This document shows, piece by piece, positions 27,476 to 42,979 of a DNA stretch of 64,000 nucleotides (the first letter of the stretch is position 1; every line of letters starts with the position of its first letter). The notes below the pieces were generated by a model. That model did not search any database. It was given only the letters and a program-made list of their open reading frames with translations, and had not been told where the DNA came from. Source of the stretch: Octopus vulgaris (Eukaryota). The translations under genes were made by a program, and so were the position numbers. The stretch spans positions 75,330,001-75,394,000 of the forward strand of contig OX597818.1 of assembly GCA_951406725.2 (NCBI GenBank). The letters run 5' to 3'.

Positions 27476-28381
27476 TTTTCCATATAATCCATGATTTTTC
27501 CAGACATTGCTGTTATGAGATAATTAACAATGTGTCAATTAATAATTTAAGATCTTAACTTATAAAATACTGAAAGATAATATTTCAATTTTTCCGTGTA
27601 AGGGATGATAATATTTCAATTTTTTTCATGTTAAATTTAAATATATGTTGTGATTGAATTATTTGATATTACACATCCACACCAAATTAATGGCAGGGTA
27701 TTTTATCATCTTGCTACTTGCACCATGGCTCACCAAAAGTTACAAACAACAAGACACCAAAACCATCAGTTACCAGGCTCACCTTAAGTAACCTAGATTT
27801 TGAGTTGGTGATAATAGCACTGACTGCTGCTAATCTAGATCTATCAATAATTATTCAATACAGCAGTAATTATAAAAGCATATCAGATATACACAAGTTA
27901 AAATTACCTACATCCCATTAATATGAATTTAATTTATGAAAAGTCCCTTTTAATTAATTTTGAAATTTAAAAAGTAATCTTAGAATATAAGCACTTTTAA
28001 CCAATGCCTTTTCTGGACAGCCTTACTACATTCCTTCAGGTTTGCCCATAGAGACACAGCCAAAAATTACTATATTCCTGCCTCAATAAATTTAGATGCA
28101 CATATTTGAAGTATATAACACATTAATGAACTAGCCTGATTAAATAATTAACTAAAAAGAAAAGGAAAGCAACTAAGAAGGAAAAGCAAAAAAAGCAAAA
28201 AGCAAATTAATTAAAGCTGAAAGAGAAAATTAATAATAAAAGTAAAACTTACCCTAATTCAACAGCATATTGAAAATAACTTTATTAAATACAGTTCTTT
28301 GTGTGTTTCCGTCACACAAAGAGATGAGGAATTATGTACATTATTTACATTTGACGGATATTTGTCCTCATCTTGTTTGTT

Positions 28382-28428
28382 AACACAACGTTTCGGCTAA
28401 TATACCCTCCAGCACTCATCAGATGTCT
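28382..28428 (-). ncRNA. minimal hammerhead ribozyme motif in PLE 3' region
   Basis: GACAT-CTGATGA-GT-GCTGG..TTAGC-C-GAAAC-GTT-GTGTT. Confidence 0.65.
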
Positions 28429-28443
28429 TTATTATTATTATTC

Positions 28444-28517
28444 AGGTTACTACCTGGAATCGAACTCGGAATCTTAGTGTTAGTAGCCCTTGCACTTAAC
28501 CACTATGCCATATGCCC
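28444..28517 (-). other. tRNA-like Pol III head (pseudo-tRNA) inside the PLE 3' region
   Basis: GGGCATATGGCATAGTGGTTAAGTGCAAGGG-CTACTAA-CACTAAGATTCCGAGTTCGATTCC: A and B boxes intact, stems imperfect. Confidence 0.7.
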
Positions 28518-29476
28518 ATGAGCAATTATAGAGTGAATTTTAGGGCTTATAAATCTAATATTTTCCTATCTTTCCTTCATACTGGTTCCCATATGCTATT
28601 CATATCTACACTCGGTCTGCTTAGGAGGTTGTCATAGCATATGTGCTGCTTCTTTTAGATTTCGTATTTTCCAGTGGTGTTCTCTGTCTATTATTTTAAC
28701 TTCATCCCACAGGGGAGGTGGTTTTCATAATCAACTATAATCCATACATAATCAACTATACCTGGTTTATCAATACCTCATCGTGTCACAGCTTTGCGAT
28801 GTTCCTCTATCCTTATTCTGAGGGGGCGGCATGTTTCGCCTTTGTATAACCTACCACAGCTGCATGAGGATTGAGTACATGCAGTTTTTGGTCATTGTGA
28901 ACTGTATAGATGGCTTTATTGAGTTCACATGATCTAACAGCACTTGGACATCTTCCTGGTGGGGCCAGAGTATATAGGTGTCATCAATATATCGCAGTCA
29001 TAGGGTTGGTTTTAGTGGTGTTGATCCTAAAGCCAAATTCTCAAAGTATTCCATGTATATATTGGCTATTATCGGTGATAATGGCGAACCCATAGCTAAA
29101 CCCTCTTCTTGTCGATATATAGGTAGTTTCTACACAGAAGGTCAACATTTCCATCAAGTTTCTTATTGGTATACTAGTGCGCTCTTTTAGATGGTTGTCT
29201 GTCACTAGTTTTTTCTTGAATCACCGATAGTGCTTCACAAGACTTATCACATCTAGACTCACCATCTGGTTGAATTCAATTCTGTGAAGTGGGTGGAATT
29301 CTTCACGTATGATGTTGACTTTCCTGCTAATGGACTGATTATATCCACAAAGAAGCGGCTCAGTGGATGACATGCTGAACCTCTACCACTCACTATGGGT
29401 CTTAATGGAATACCATTCTTGCGAATCTTAGGTACATGTGTGGTAGTTTACTGTAGTGTTGTGTCAGTTGTCTGAC

Positions 29477-31145
29477 TAAACGATGTAATAAAGGCTATTG
29501 ATGAAATGAAAACAAACTCAGCTACTGGCCCAGATGGATTTCCAGCAATCCTTCTAAAAGTATGTAAGAGAGTCCCAGCAAGACCACTGCAGTTCCTCTT
29601 TCAGAGCTTCCTTGCAACTGGCAAACTTCCAAGAAAACTGAAGGAAGGTAAAATATGCCCTATTCATAAAGGAGGTAGAGCGGAGGTCAAGAACTACAGA
29701 CCTATCTCTCTGACCTCACACATCAGCAAGATCATGGAACGAATAGTCTGAAGGAAACTAATCACCTTCCTTGAAGAAAAGGACTTGCTGCCTGACACCC
29801 AACATGGTTTCCGACCAGGAAGAAGCTGCTTAACTCAGCTCCTACAACACTATGACTGGGTACTGAAACGACTGCTCAATCACTCAAATGTAGAAGTCAT
29901 ATATCTCGACTTTGCAAATGTCTTTGATAAAGTCGATCATGGAATGATATGTCACAAACTGCGTGATCTTGGCATAGTTGGAAAATTGGGAGAATGGCTT
30001 CATGACTTTCTGAAGGATAGAAGTCAGGTGGTAGTAGCCAATGAGGCCACTTCCATTAACACGCAAATAGTGAGCGGTGTTCCGCAAGGCACTGTTTTGG
30101 GACCACTACTGTTCATAGTGGCCCTCTCAGACATGCCTTCAGGCACGCAGAGAGCCACGATCACAAGTTATGCAGATGATACGAAAGTTTCACAGGCAAT
30201 ACAGAACCCTGAAGACACTAAGCACCTGCAATGTGAGCTGGACAAAATATACAAGTGGGATGAAAAGAATAGCATGCAGTTCAATGCTGAAAATTTTCAA
30301 GCTTTATGCTATCAGCATGCAAAACTAAATGCAATACCCAATAAATACACTGGACCTGGAGGGATTGCAATCCCAGAGGCACAATCAGTGCGAGACCTGG
30401 GTATTTACATGAGTGATGATGCAACCTTTCATGTGCATGTTGCTAAACTGGCGATGAAATGTGGGCGGCTGACCGGATGGATTCTTAGAACCTTTAGAAA
30501 AAGAGACCAGGAAACCATGATGGAGGACACTTGTCCTAAGCCACTTTGACTATTGCTCTCAGCTATGGTCACCATCCAGTGTCAAGTTAATCACAGAACT
30601 TGAGGCGATCCAACGAAGCTACACGAAGAAGATAGCCTCTGTGCAGCATATAAGCTATTGGGAAAGACTCGAGATTGAGACTCTATTCCTTAGAGCGTAG
30701 GCGAGAAAGATATGCCATAATATACATGTGGAAGATCCTAGAAGGACTTGTCCCAAACTTTGGCATCGAGAGTTACACAAATGCCAGAACTGGGCGCCAC
30801 TGCATGGTGCAAAAGGACTCCAAATTTGCCAAAAAGATGTAGTACAAGATACTGTGATAGCCTGGGCTTCCGAAGCCCACAGCTCTTCAATATCCTCCCG
30901 AAGAACCTAAGAGACCTTTAAGATGCAGATGTCTTTAAAATAAAACTGGATCTCTTCTTGTCAGGTGTCCCAGATGAACCAACTTCACGGCAGGAGGTGC
31001 AGATGAGGGTAGCTGCATCGAACTCTCTCATGCACCAAATGGCAATTGTTAAAAAGCATTCGTGAAGTAAAATCATGTAGCAACACCAAATGGCGGTGCC
31101 CCAGCATGGCCACAGCTTGTGAGCTGAAACTAGATAAAAATAAAC
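29477..31145 (+). mobile_element. CR1-group LINE, 5'-truncated, RT pseudogene
   Basis: GPDG, NYRPISLTS, QHGFRPGRSC, YLDF..FDKVDH, GVPQGTVLGPLLF, YADDTK and RDLG motifs; stop at ~29749 and frameshifts; 3' UTR followed by an A-rich/(TA)n tail. Confidence 0.92.
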
Positions 31146-31149
31146 AAAA

Positions 31150-31197
<48 letters not shown>

Positions 31198-32988
31198 GTA
31201 CATATGTATATATATACAAATATATATACATATATATATGCATATATTGCAACATTGGTAGACTCAACAGGCGTATCGATTGAGGACCCTTATCAACAGA
31301 GTCAATTATTTGTCGAGGCTTTTTCAACTATTTTCAAACAAGATGATGGTCGTGAACCCCTCCATTTGATAGATCGGTACCTCCAATGCTTCGATTGATC
31401 ATCACGCGGGACCAAGTCAAACGTGTTATTCAAGGCCTCGATGTCAACAAGGGTCACGGCCCTGACGGCATACACCCACGGGTTATCAAAGCGTTGGCTC
31501 CGGTCATCTGCGAGCCCTTAACACGACTATTCAATATGTCATTGGCGACGGGTGTTATACCTGCAGACTGGAGAACAGCGATAATCTGCCCAATTTTCAA
31601 GAAAGGGAGCCGCGAAGACCCGTTTAACTACCGACCGGTTTCCTTACATCAATAATCAGCAAGATGTTCGAAACCATCCTTAAGAAAAGTATGATGCTCC
31701 ACCTCCTAAGCACAGCCTCGATCACTGATTCCCAACACGGCTTCGTGCCGAAGAGATCATGCTTGACCAACTTACTAGTAATGGAAGAATTGGTGACGCG
31801 CATCCTCGATGATAGTGATGCTGTTGACATCGTTTTATTGGACTTTGCCAAAGCTTTTGACTCGGTAAACCACCGCCTACTACTTGTCAAGCTTCAAGCA
31901 TATAGTTTCCATCCGGATATTGTACGATGGGTTGGTGCCTTCCTCTCAGATCGCTCCTTCCAAGTTCAAGTTAATGGTTCGCGGTCCGACGTCTCCAGTG
32001 CGAGCAGTGGCGTGCCTCAAGGTTCAGTGCTTGGGCCCTTGTTGTTCTTAGTCTTCATAAATGACTTGCCCGACGACCTCACGCAACACACCCTTCTATT
32101 TGCCGACGATATCAAACTGGTCGCTCCTCGCGGTAGTATAGAGGATCTTCGTCGATGCCTCCACCAAATTTGGAAGTGGTCTAACGATTGGGACCTGTGT
32201 CTGAACGTGTCAAAGTGCTGTCATCTGCCTGTCGGCTCTACTCCTGCAACTCAACTTGATTTCGAGCCGGGTCGTCTGCTGCTGGAGAGGACCGATCAGG
32301 TAAAGGACCTGGGTATCTTGGTGGATTCCTCCTTTTCGCCTTCGACCCAGTGCGTCCATGCTGCCAACAAAGCGCGCGGAATTCTGTTTTTGATTCGACG
32401 GTCATTCGGAATGCTCACAGCAGCCATATTCCTGCCACTCTATGTCACGCTGGTGAGACCCATATTGGAGTATGGGATTCAAGCCTCTTCTCCTTATCTC
32501 CTCAAAGACATACAGCACCTCGAAAGAGTCCAGAGGCTGGCTACCCGCCTGGTTCATGGTCTCAAAAATTTGTCCTACGAAGAAAGGCTGAGGACGCTCG
32601 ACCTTTATTCTCTTGAAAAACGCCGCCGCCGTGGTGATCTCATTCTCGCCCACAACATCATAAGCGGGAAGTGTAACCTCTCGAAAGAGCTGTTCTTCAC
32701 TCCTGCTCCGGAGCGTCGGCTGCGGGGTCATTCCGAAAAGTTCTACCTGCGACGATTTCATCTCAATCGAAGGAGAGGAGCTTTCTCCGTCCGGGTTGCG
32801 GATCCGTGGAACAAGCTGCCAGACGAGATGGTGAAGATGCCGACGACCGCTTTGTTCAAAGCCTCCCTGGACCTCAAATGGCAATTGTTAAAAAGCATTC
32901 TTGAAGTAAAATCATGTAGCAACACCAAATGGCGGTGCCCCAGCATGGCCACAGCTTGTGAGCTGAAACTAGATAAAAATAAATAAAA

Positions 32989-33044
<56 letters not shown>

Positions 33045-33088
33045 GTATATATATATACAAATATATATACATATATATATGTATATAT
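31036..33088 (+). repeat. ~210 bp direct repeat (31036-31247 and 32875-33088) flanking the second LINE
   Basis: CAAATGGCAATTGTTAAAAAGCATTC..GAAACTAGATAAAAATAAA..(TA)n CATATG.. occurs twice with few differences. Confidence 0.9.
31248..32881 (+). mobile_element. second CR1-group LINE (GC-richer family), 5'-truncated, own 3' UTR absent
   Basis: ORFs 31386-31655 and 31664-32986: GPDGIHP, NYRPVSL, QHGF..RSC, DFAKAFDSV, GVPQGSVLGPLLF, FADDIK, LERVQR, RRRRGDLI, WNKLP. Confidence 0.93.
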
Positions 33089-33177
33089 ATGTACAAATAT
33101 ATATATATATACTTACATACATGTATAAGTATATATATATATATATATATACATATGTATATATATACTTACATACA

Positions 33178-33232
<55 letters not shown>

Positions 33233-33296
33233 TATACATATACTTACATACATGTATATGTATATATAGATATGTATATATATATAGATATGTATG

Positions 33297-33351
<55 letters not shown>

Positions 33352-33496
33352 CAGTACCGATTTTACTGAGGAGCCACAGACAATAATTAAATTATGGTGA
33401 AACGTTAAGATATGGAATTAAGTGTTATATTTACTTCTTTTCACTTGTCTAGTTCGTAAACATTTAGCATCTTGCTAATTTGAGAGCACATACTTT

Positions 33497-33876
33497 TCGT
33501 GATAGGACGGTTTGACATCTATTTTTAGCACGCAAGGGTCCACTTAGTGGTCTCTCCCCTTATTTATATTTAAATATAATTTACAGTCCTTAGACGTTTT
33601 TTTTACGTAAGCCAGAAATAACTGCAGTGAATAAAATTCAGAAGTGAATCAACTGGCTAGAGAACACGGATATTTAAAATTAAATCTAAATGATACCAAT
33701 TTGAACCAGTGATCAGCATACGTAAAAAAAAAACATCGGAGGACTGTAAATTATATTTAAATATAAATATGAGGAGAAACCACTAAGTGGATCCCTTGTA
33801 TGTTAAAAATAAACCTCAAACCATCCTACCACGAAACAATTTAGCACACAAGGGATCCACTTAGCGGTCTCTCCTC

Positions 33877-33880
<4 letters not shown>
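33497..33880. repeat. imperfect inverted repeat (~115 bp arms) plus a third partial direct copy
   Basis: TCCACTTAGTGGTCTCTCC..TTTATATTTAAATATAATTTACAGTCC at ~33500-33612 is mirrored at ~33716-33835; partial copy at 33839-33880. Confidence 0.7.
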
Positions 33881-33919
<39 letters not shown>

Positions 33920-34037
33920 CACACTTTATTAAAAAGCAGCAAAAATATCACAAAAACTGTTGCTCAGGGTTTCACGTTCCCGTACGTCAAACAGTGGAAT
34001 TTTTCCACCTTGTTTCGCATTTATGTACTTACCCTAG

Positions 34038-34099
<62 letters not shown>

Positions 34100-34101
<2 letters not shown>

Positions 34102-34679
34102 AAAAAAATATAAGAACAACAAAAATCAAAATAACGTACACAATAAATGTATTAGGTTGATGCTCAGTTTAACCTGGAGACAAGAGGGAGTTGTAACGTT
34201 TCGTGCATGGCTCTTCGTCAGAAAGAGGAAAGAGGAAAGAGAAAGAAAATGTAGTCCAAGAAAAGAGCGTGTGTAAGAGAAATATAGAGGAAGTGTTTTT
34301 TGAAGGCAGAAGAATGCGAAAATGACCAGTGTGTGTGTGTGAGTATGAGTGTGTATGTGTGCGTGTGCGTGTGATTGTGTGTGTGTGTGCGCGTTTGATT
34401 GTGTGTGTGTGTGTGTGATTATGTGCGTGTGTGTGGTAGTATCTGTATGTGTTTGATGTTTATGTGAGTGATGTGTGTGTAAGGAGTGATTCTGGCAGTT
34501 TTGTAGCTGTAGTTAGATTTAGCGGTGATAGGCGAGGTAAAAGTGCGTGATTTCATTAGTGTTGCTGTGTGTTTACGTATGTGTTTGTGTTTGTACGCAT
34601 GAGTGTGTGAGTGCGTGAGTACGGGTGTGAGTGTATATGAGCGTGTATGTATGTTTTGTGTGCATGTGTGTGGGGGTAT

Positions 34680-34712
<33 letters not shown>

Positions 34713-35290
34713 CTCTGCATGCGTGTGTATGTGAAGGCTTTTTTTCTGTACACGCCAGGATATGGAGACGTATGTATGTGTACAATAGGTATGTATGTAT
34801 TATGTGGGAGGCGCATGATATGCATATGGATGTGTGGACATGTGTGGGAGATGAGTTAAAATTAAAAATTAAAATAATTTCAATTAAATCAGAAAGATAA
34901 AATTAAAAATTAAATTAAGAAACATAAAATGTAATTATAATTTAAATGAATGTTTGAGAAAAAATTTTAATTAAAAAATTCTTAAACATGTTTTAAAAGC
35001 TCTTAAAAATAAAAAATAAAAAATCCTATGGAAGATGTTACTAGAAGGAGGGGTGTGTTCAGTGAAAATGCTTTGTAGAAAGATGTGGCGCTGTTCAAGG
35101 GGAAATTTAGAGGTAGTGGATCCACGGTACAAGGCCAGGTCGATGACAGTAAGATGTGCGGTGGAATGACTGGCAGGGCAAAAATGACGCGTGACCAGGG
35201 TATTAGTCGCTTAAGCACTTCAATACTAATAACCTGGTGTAGGACTCAATATACGTATGCTTCTGAACGAAGCGTTACTCAAGTAATGTG
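34100..35290 (-). mobile_element. degenerate Penelope-like element 3' part with CA-rich UTR and hammerhead-like motif
   Basis: Minus-strand remnant RHFCPASHSTAHLTVI..LEQRHIF resembles a PLE GIY-YIG C-terminus; CTGACGA-AGAGCCATGCAC-GAAAC-GTT at 34190-34226. Confidence 0.55.
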
Positions 35291-35744
35291 TATGTATATA
35301 TTTCTGTAAGTACATTCATGTTATGTATGTATACATATATACATGTATGTGTAAGAGTGTGTATACATATGTTCTTACTCATAGATTTATTCACTCTTTC
35401 TCTACATCTAGATATACCCATCACTAAACACATCTTAGAATTAATTTTATTCTAGTTATGAGAGAAGCCCCTAGATTTCATCCCCCAGATTTATGCTATC
35501 TCATTGGTAATGCTTTCCTGTGTATATGCATATATGTAATTGTTTTCCCAAATGAATTGCACTTCATGTCTGAGGTTCCAATGAGTCCACCGCATCTTAT
35601 AGCGGAAACAGCCATAAGCTAATGAAGTACATAAAATAGTCTTGTATTCCTTTGCTATCTCTTTTTCTTATTTGTGTGTGTGTGTATGTGTGGGTACTTG
35701 TGTGCGTGTGTGCGTTTGTGTGCGTATGTGCGTGTGTGTGTGTG

Positions 35745-38675
<2,931 letters not shown>

Positions 38676-38995
38676 TGTTTCACTGAAAACGATTCAATTT
38701 GAAATCCAATTCAAACGACCGCATGTTGTATCAACATATACATTTTCTTATAGTCTTGTGTTGTGTCAACGTATATAGTCTCTTGTCGTGCAAAATATTT
38801 ATATATATATATATGTATATATATATTAAATATAAAGTGTATAAAATATTTTATACACAGAGAGGAGACTTTTGACAGGACTTTTGACATGCTACAAAGG
38901 GCAGTTAAAACCCAAACCACGAAAAAAATTCATGAGACACACTGTTATAACACCAGAACGAACAATTACTTTAATTATTACCCCTTTATTTTGCG

Positions 38996-39084
<89 letters not shown>

Positions 39085-39639
39085 GACAGACAGACAGACA
39101 GACAGACAGAGACAGAGACAGACAGACAGACAGACAGACAGAAGAAGAAGAAGAAGAAGAAGAAGAAGAAGAAGAAGAAGAAGAAGAAGACTGGAGTGGT
39201 ATGACAGTAGTAGACTGGAATGGAATCTTCTTTAATGGTCAATTGACCTAAAAGTTACCTGTTTTGGCTGTAGCAGTAGTGATTGGAATTGTTCTGAATA
39301 AATTCATGAGTAGTGACTGTTTTGAATATATCGTTTTTAATATTTACGTGGGTATTATTCTAAGATCATTGTAGTAGAGTTATCTGCGGTGGAAGCATTC
39401 AAAAAGGGTTTATATTTTGCGATAAAGTATGATCCTTTGCTAATGCGCTGATTATAAATTGCATTGTCCCTGAATTTATAGAGGGGGAAAAATTCTGAAG
39501 CTGGGTTGTTCGTTAGTGGTGCAAATGTCAATTTGTTCGCTTAATGCTCTTTTTTTTCTGTATTCCCAAATTTTAATACAGGTCCTATATACGGTCATCC
39601 TCTGGTGTACATAGCTTCGTATCGTCTTCTATAAATATA

Positions 39640-40010
39640 TACATTCTTGTGTCAACATACATAGTATAGTATTGTATCAACATATATAGTCTTGAATCAA
39701 CATCTATAGTTTTGTAGTATTGTGTAAACATAAATAGTTGTGTTATGTCAACATACATAGATATATATATACATGTGTTGTGATAACATATAATGTTGTA
39801 CTGTGCCATTATATATAGTCTTGCGTTGTGTCAACACATACATAGACTTGTGTTATGATAACATATATTTGTCTGTGTGTGTTGTATCAACATATATAGT
39901 ATTGTGTCACGGTACTTAGCCTCGTGTTGCATCAACACATGATCTTGTATTCTATAAACATATTGGTAATCATTCATATCGATAAATATAGTCTTCTGTT
40001 GTATCAACAT
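39640..40010. repeat. degenerate minisatellite (unit approximately ATATAGTCTTGTGTTGTGTCAAC), related units at 38720-38790
   Basis: Recurring TGT.TCAACATA/ATAGT motifs at short periodicity. Confidence 0.6.
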
Positions 40011-40645
40011 TCACAGATTTGAACCCAAGATACAATGATTTAACAAAATACCACACCCCAAGGTATTTTTTGCCTGATGCTCCTCCGATTAAGCCATGCT
40101 ATCGCCTTGATTTCTCTCCGATAGTATATGGCCTCAAATTTTGTAGAAGTTATCAGCCAACCTCAGTGTTTATTGCGCCGATCCCAGAATGATGAAAGTT
40201 AAAGTCAATCTAAGAGCGGACTTGAACTCAGAAGTTAGAAATGCAACAAAAGATATTGATTCAGCCACTGTCCCAATGCTCTACAGATTCTTCGACCTCT
40301 CCACTCTCCACTTTCCTTTCGTACAATAAAATATTGGCATCAAAATCAGTAGAAAATGCACACATATAAAAAAAATTGTTGTTGTGCCAAAAAATAAACA
40401 ATTATTATAATTACTATTATTAAGATCAAGAGGTGAGAGTGAGTAAATACACGATAGAGCACCATGCTAGCTGACTTATACCGTTTAGTTCTAATTCTTT
40501 ATGTTTACACTTCAAATTTCTCCAATATCGATAAAATAAATACGAAACATTTAGGGGAGAATCGAACAACCAACAACATCCTTCCCCAAGAAAATTGTAT
40601 GGCCTTCTTCCAATGAACGAAATCATTATGGTTTTATCATTATTA

Positions 40646-40845
40646 TGGCAGAATCGTTAGCACACTGGGCAAAATGCTTAACGATGTTTCGTCTGTCACT
40701 ACGTTCTGAGATCAAATTCTGCCGAGGTCGACTTTGTCTTTCATTCTTTCGGTGTCGATTAAATAAGTACCAGTTACGCACTGGGGGCAATGTAATCGAC
40801 GTAATCCCTTCCTCCGAATTTCAGAACGTGTGCCTACAATAAAAA
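40646..40845 (+). mobile_element. tRNA-derived SINE (family of 1294-1505)
   Basis: TGGCAGAATCGTTAGCA head and GAGGTCGACTTTGTCTTTCATTCTTTCGGTGTCGAT domain. Confidence 0.75.
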
Positions 40846-42979
40846 GGATTATTATAATTATCAAATAGCAAAAGCAGCAAGTTTGCAGAGTTGTTAGAAT
40901 GTCTAACAATATTTGATCCGAATGTTTTCTGATTACGCTGAGGACAACTTTGCCTTTCAACCTTTAAGTGGGATGATAAAAAAAAGTACCAGTCAATAGC
41001 GGACCTATTAGAAGGTTGATTGGGATGCCTTGCACAACCTGTTCCGGTTCTTTACGTCTTGTTATCGCTTGTCCTTTTCATCCTGCATCATCTTTGTGTT
41101 TTTGAAAATCTCTTTCCCTCCTAGTTTGATTCCCTCTTTTACAAATTTTTTTCTTGTTTTCCCTTATTACTTCCTTAAGGAGCGTTTCTTCTTTTTTATC
41201 CAAACAGGAACCTAGATTGGTCTTCTCTAGTTCTGTTACCCCTTCGACATTCATTAATCCTTTTCCTTCATTTGCCCTTTTTCAGAATAATCAGTCCACA
41301 TCTGCTTGCAGATCCATTGTGAACAGCTTCCTTGTTTTGTTGTAGATATCGTCCACGTCATTTCTTTGCCATTCCATAATTCCTGCTCCATGCTTTATTG
41401 ATAGCTTCTATGATATTCTATGATATTCCCTACATTCAATTTGGATTTTAACATCACACTGAGAGATTCTATATTGAGAAATTTCTTCATTTCTATACTT
41501 TTAATTTTATCGCTTTCCTTTATTCCCATATGTTTATGTTTCTTCTATATTTAATTATTTATTTTCATCATTAAGTAAACCAATTTCAGTACATTTTATG
41601 GACTTTACCCGCTTCATTGCATTTTTCGATTCCGAAAGTCCTCTAAACATCGGGACTAAATATTCTTACAGTTTGTACTCAGGAAACCAGTTGGTTCTTA
41701 TCTTTGCCATAGAGCCTTAAGACATCTTTAGAAAGCATAACTGATCCAGTGTAAATGTAGTCCAATACCAACTGAGCTGTTTGAGAATCAATTGATCGTA
41801 AAGTGATCTTTTCCCCTATTCTTTCCTAATAAATATCCTTCCTTATCTTTGTTTAGTATTAGCAACAAAGGGATCAGTATATTTACAACCAAAATGGAGG
41901 AGGGGCAGTTCTATTGAAATACTCTACTTCTGATCTGTATCCCTCTAATGTTAACTCTACTCTCCAATGATACATTGTATTTTGTAACAGGCACCTAACA
42001 TTTTTGTCATCTTGAACATTTCTAAGCACTGCATGACGCACAAGTGAAGAATTAGGTGGTACGCTTTTCAATAATCGATCCGCGCGATGCACAAATTTGT
42101 CACTCTCTTTCTGCAACTGCTCAAGATAATTTTATCACTCATTAATTGGCCATTCGTTCCCCTGATCTTGTTTCAATAGCCTTTCTGTTCATCGGACACA
42201 TGGTGTTTCCTACATAGCGGTTGTTGGTGCACCTCTTCCACGATTACTCCTGTTAGGAGTTTACATAACGGTAGATGTAATTCGTCTGAAATTTTAGATA
42301 GCATTTCTTTTCAGTTTGTCTTTTCTCCTTTGACATGCACTCATTTAGTAGTATTACTATGGTTACATGAAAACTCGTAAAACCTTTCAGCCAGTGACCA
42401 TGGACAAAGTCTGATCCTGCTGTTTTCCATTTTCCTGCCTTTTTTAATTATTTTCAAATATTTGATTTCATTATCTGAGGCAAGCTAGCATCTTGCCTCA
42501 ACAAATTCAGTGTAGTTTTCTACATACTTCATTCATAAGTCTGTGTAGCGTATTTTCCCAAAATTTCTTTCCAAAAATAGTTTACCTTCTTCAGCATTCA
42601 GCCTCATGTTATCATTTTTCTCATTTCTTTCAAAAATATCAAATAAGCGTTCCTGACTTGATTAAAAATGGCGATTTTGTTTATACTGGCTGTTTCTTCG
42701 TATATTCTGATTTTAGCAAATCTCAGCTTTGTTTCTTTACCTTTTCTCTTTTTCCTTACATCAGTCTTCTCTTCTGATTTGCCTTTCTTTTCATCCTTCT
42801 TTATGACGTGTTGTATTATACTAATTAAAATGTTGCGCTGCTCTCCTTAAATAGCTTTGATAAGCTTATATGCAAAGCTGCAATCATTTGCATAACAATG
42901 ACGTGTCGTTCTTTTAACGATAAACGCATGTCAACAATTGTTGGTTGTTTGCGGTATGGGCTGCTCCTAACTTGTGTCG

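Larger units (their letters stand above)
28310..29476 (-). mobile_element. Penelope-like element (Penelope/Poseidon-like), 5'-truncated and internally deleted
   Basis: Minus strand: RT YRQEEGLAMGSPLSPIIANIYMEYFE...RYIDD...IQFTM fused to GIY-YIG CMYSI..CSCGRLYKGETCRPLRIRIEEH...WDEVKIIDRE.HWKIRNLKEA; the 3' region has a tRNA-like head and a hammerhead. Confidence 0.88.

Noticed and set aside
28444-28517. Functional tRNA gene (ACT anticodon)
   Set aside because: Acceptor and anticodon stems pair poorly and it is embedded in a retroelement; treated as a tRNA-like head.
39640-40010. CRISPR-like repeat-spacer pattern
   Set aside because: Degenerate tandem units without unique spacers, a eukaryotic context and no cas genes.
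40990-42820. Possible ancient minus-strand LINE ORF2
   Set aside because: Only a pyrimidine skew and faint motifs (KMLG, SRI) are visible; too degraded to call.
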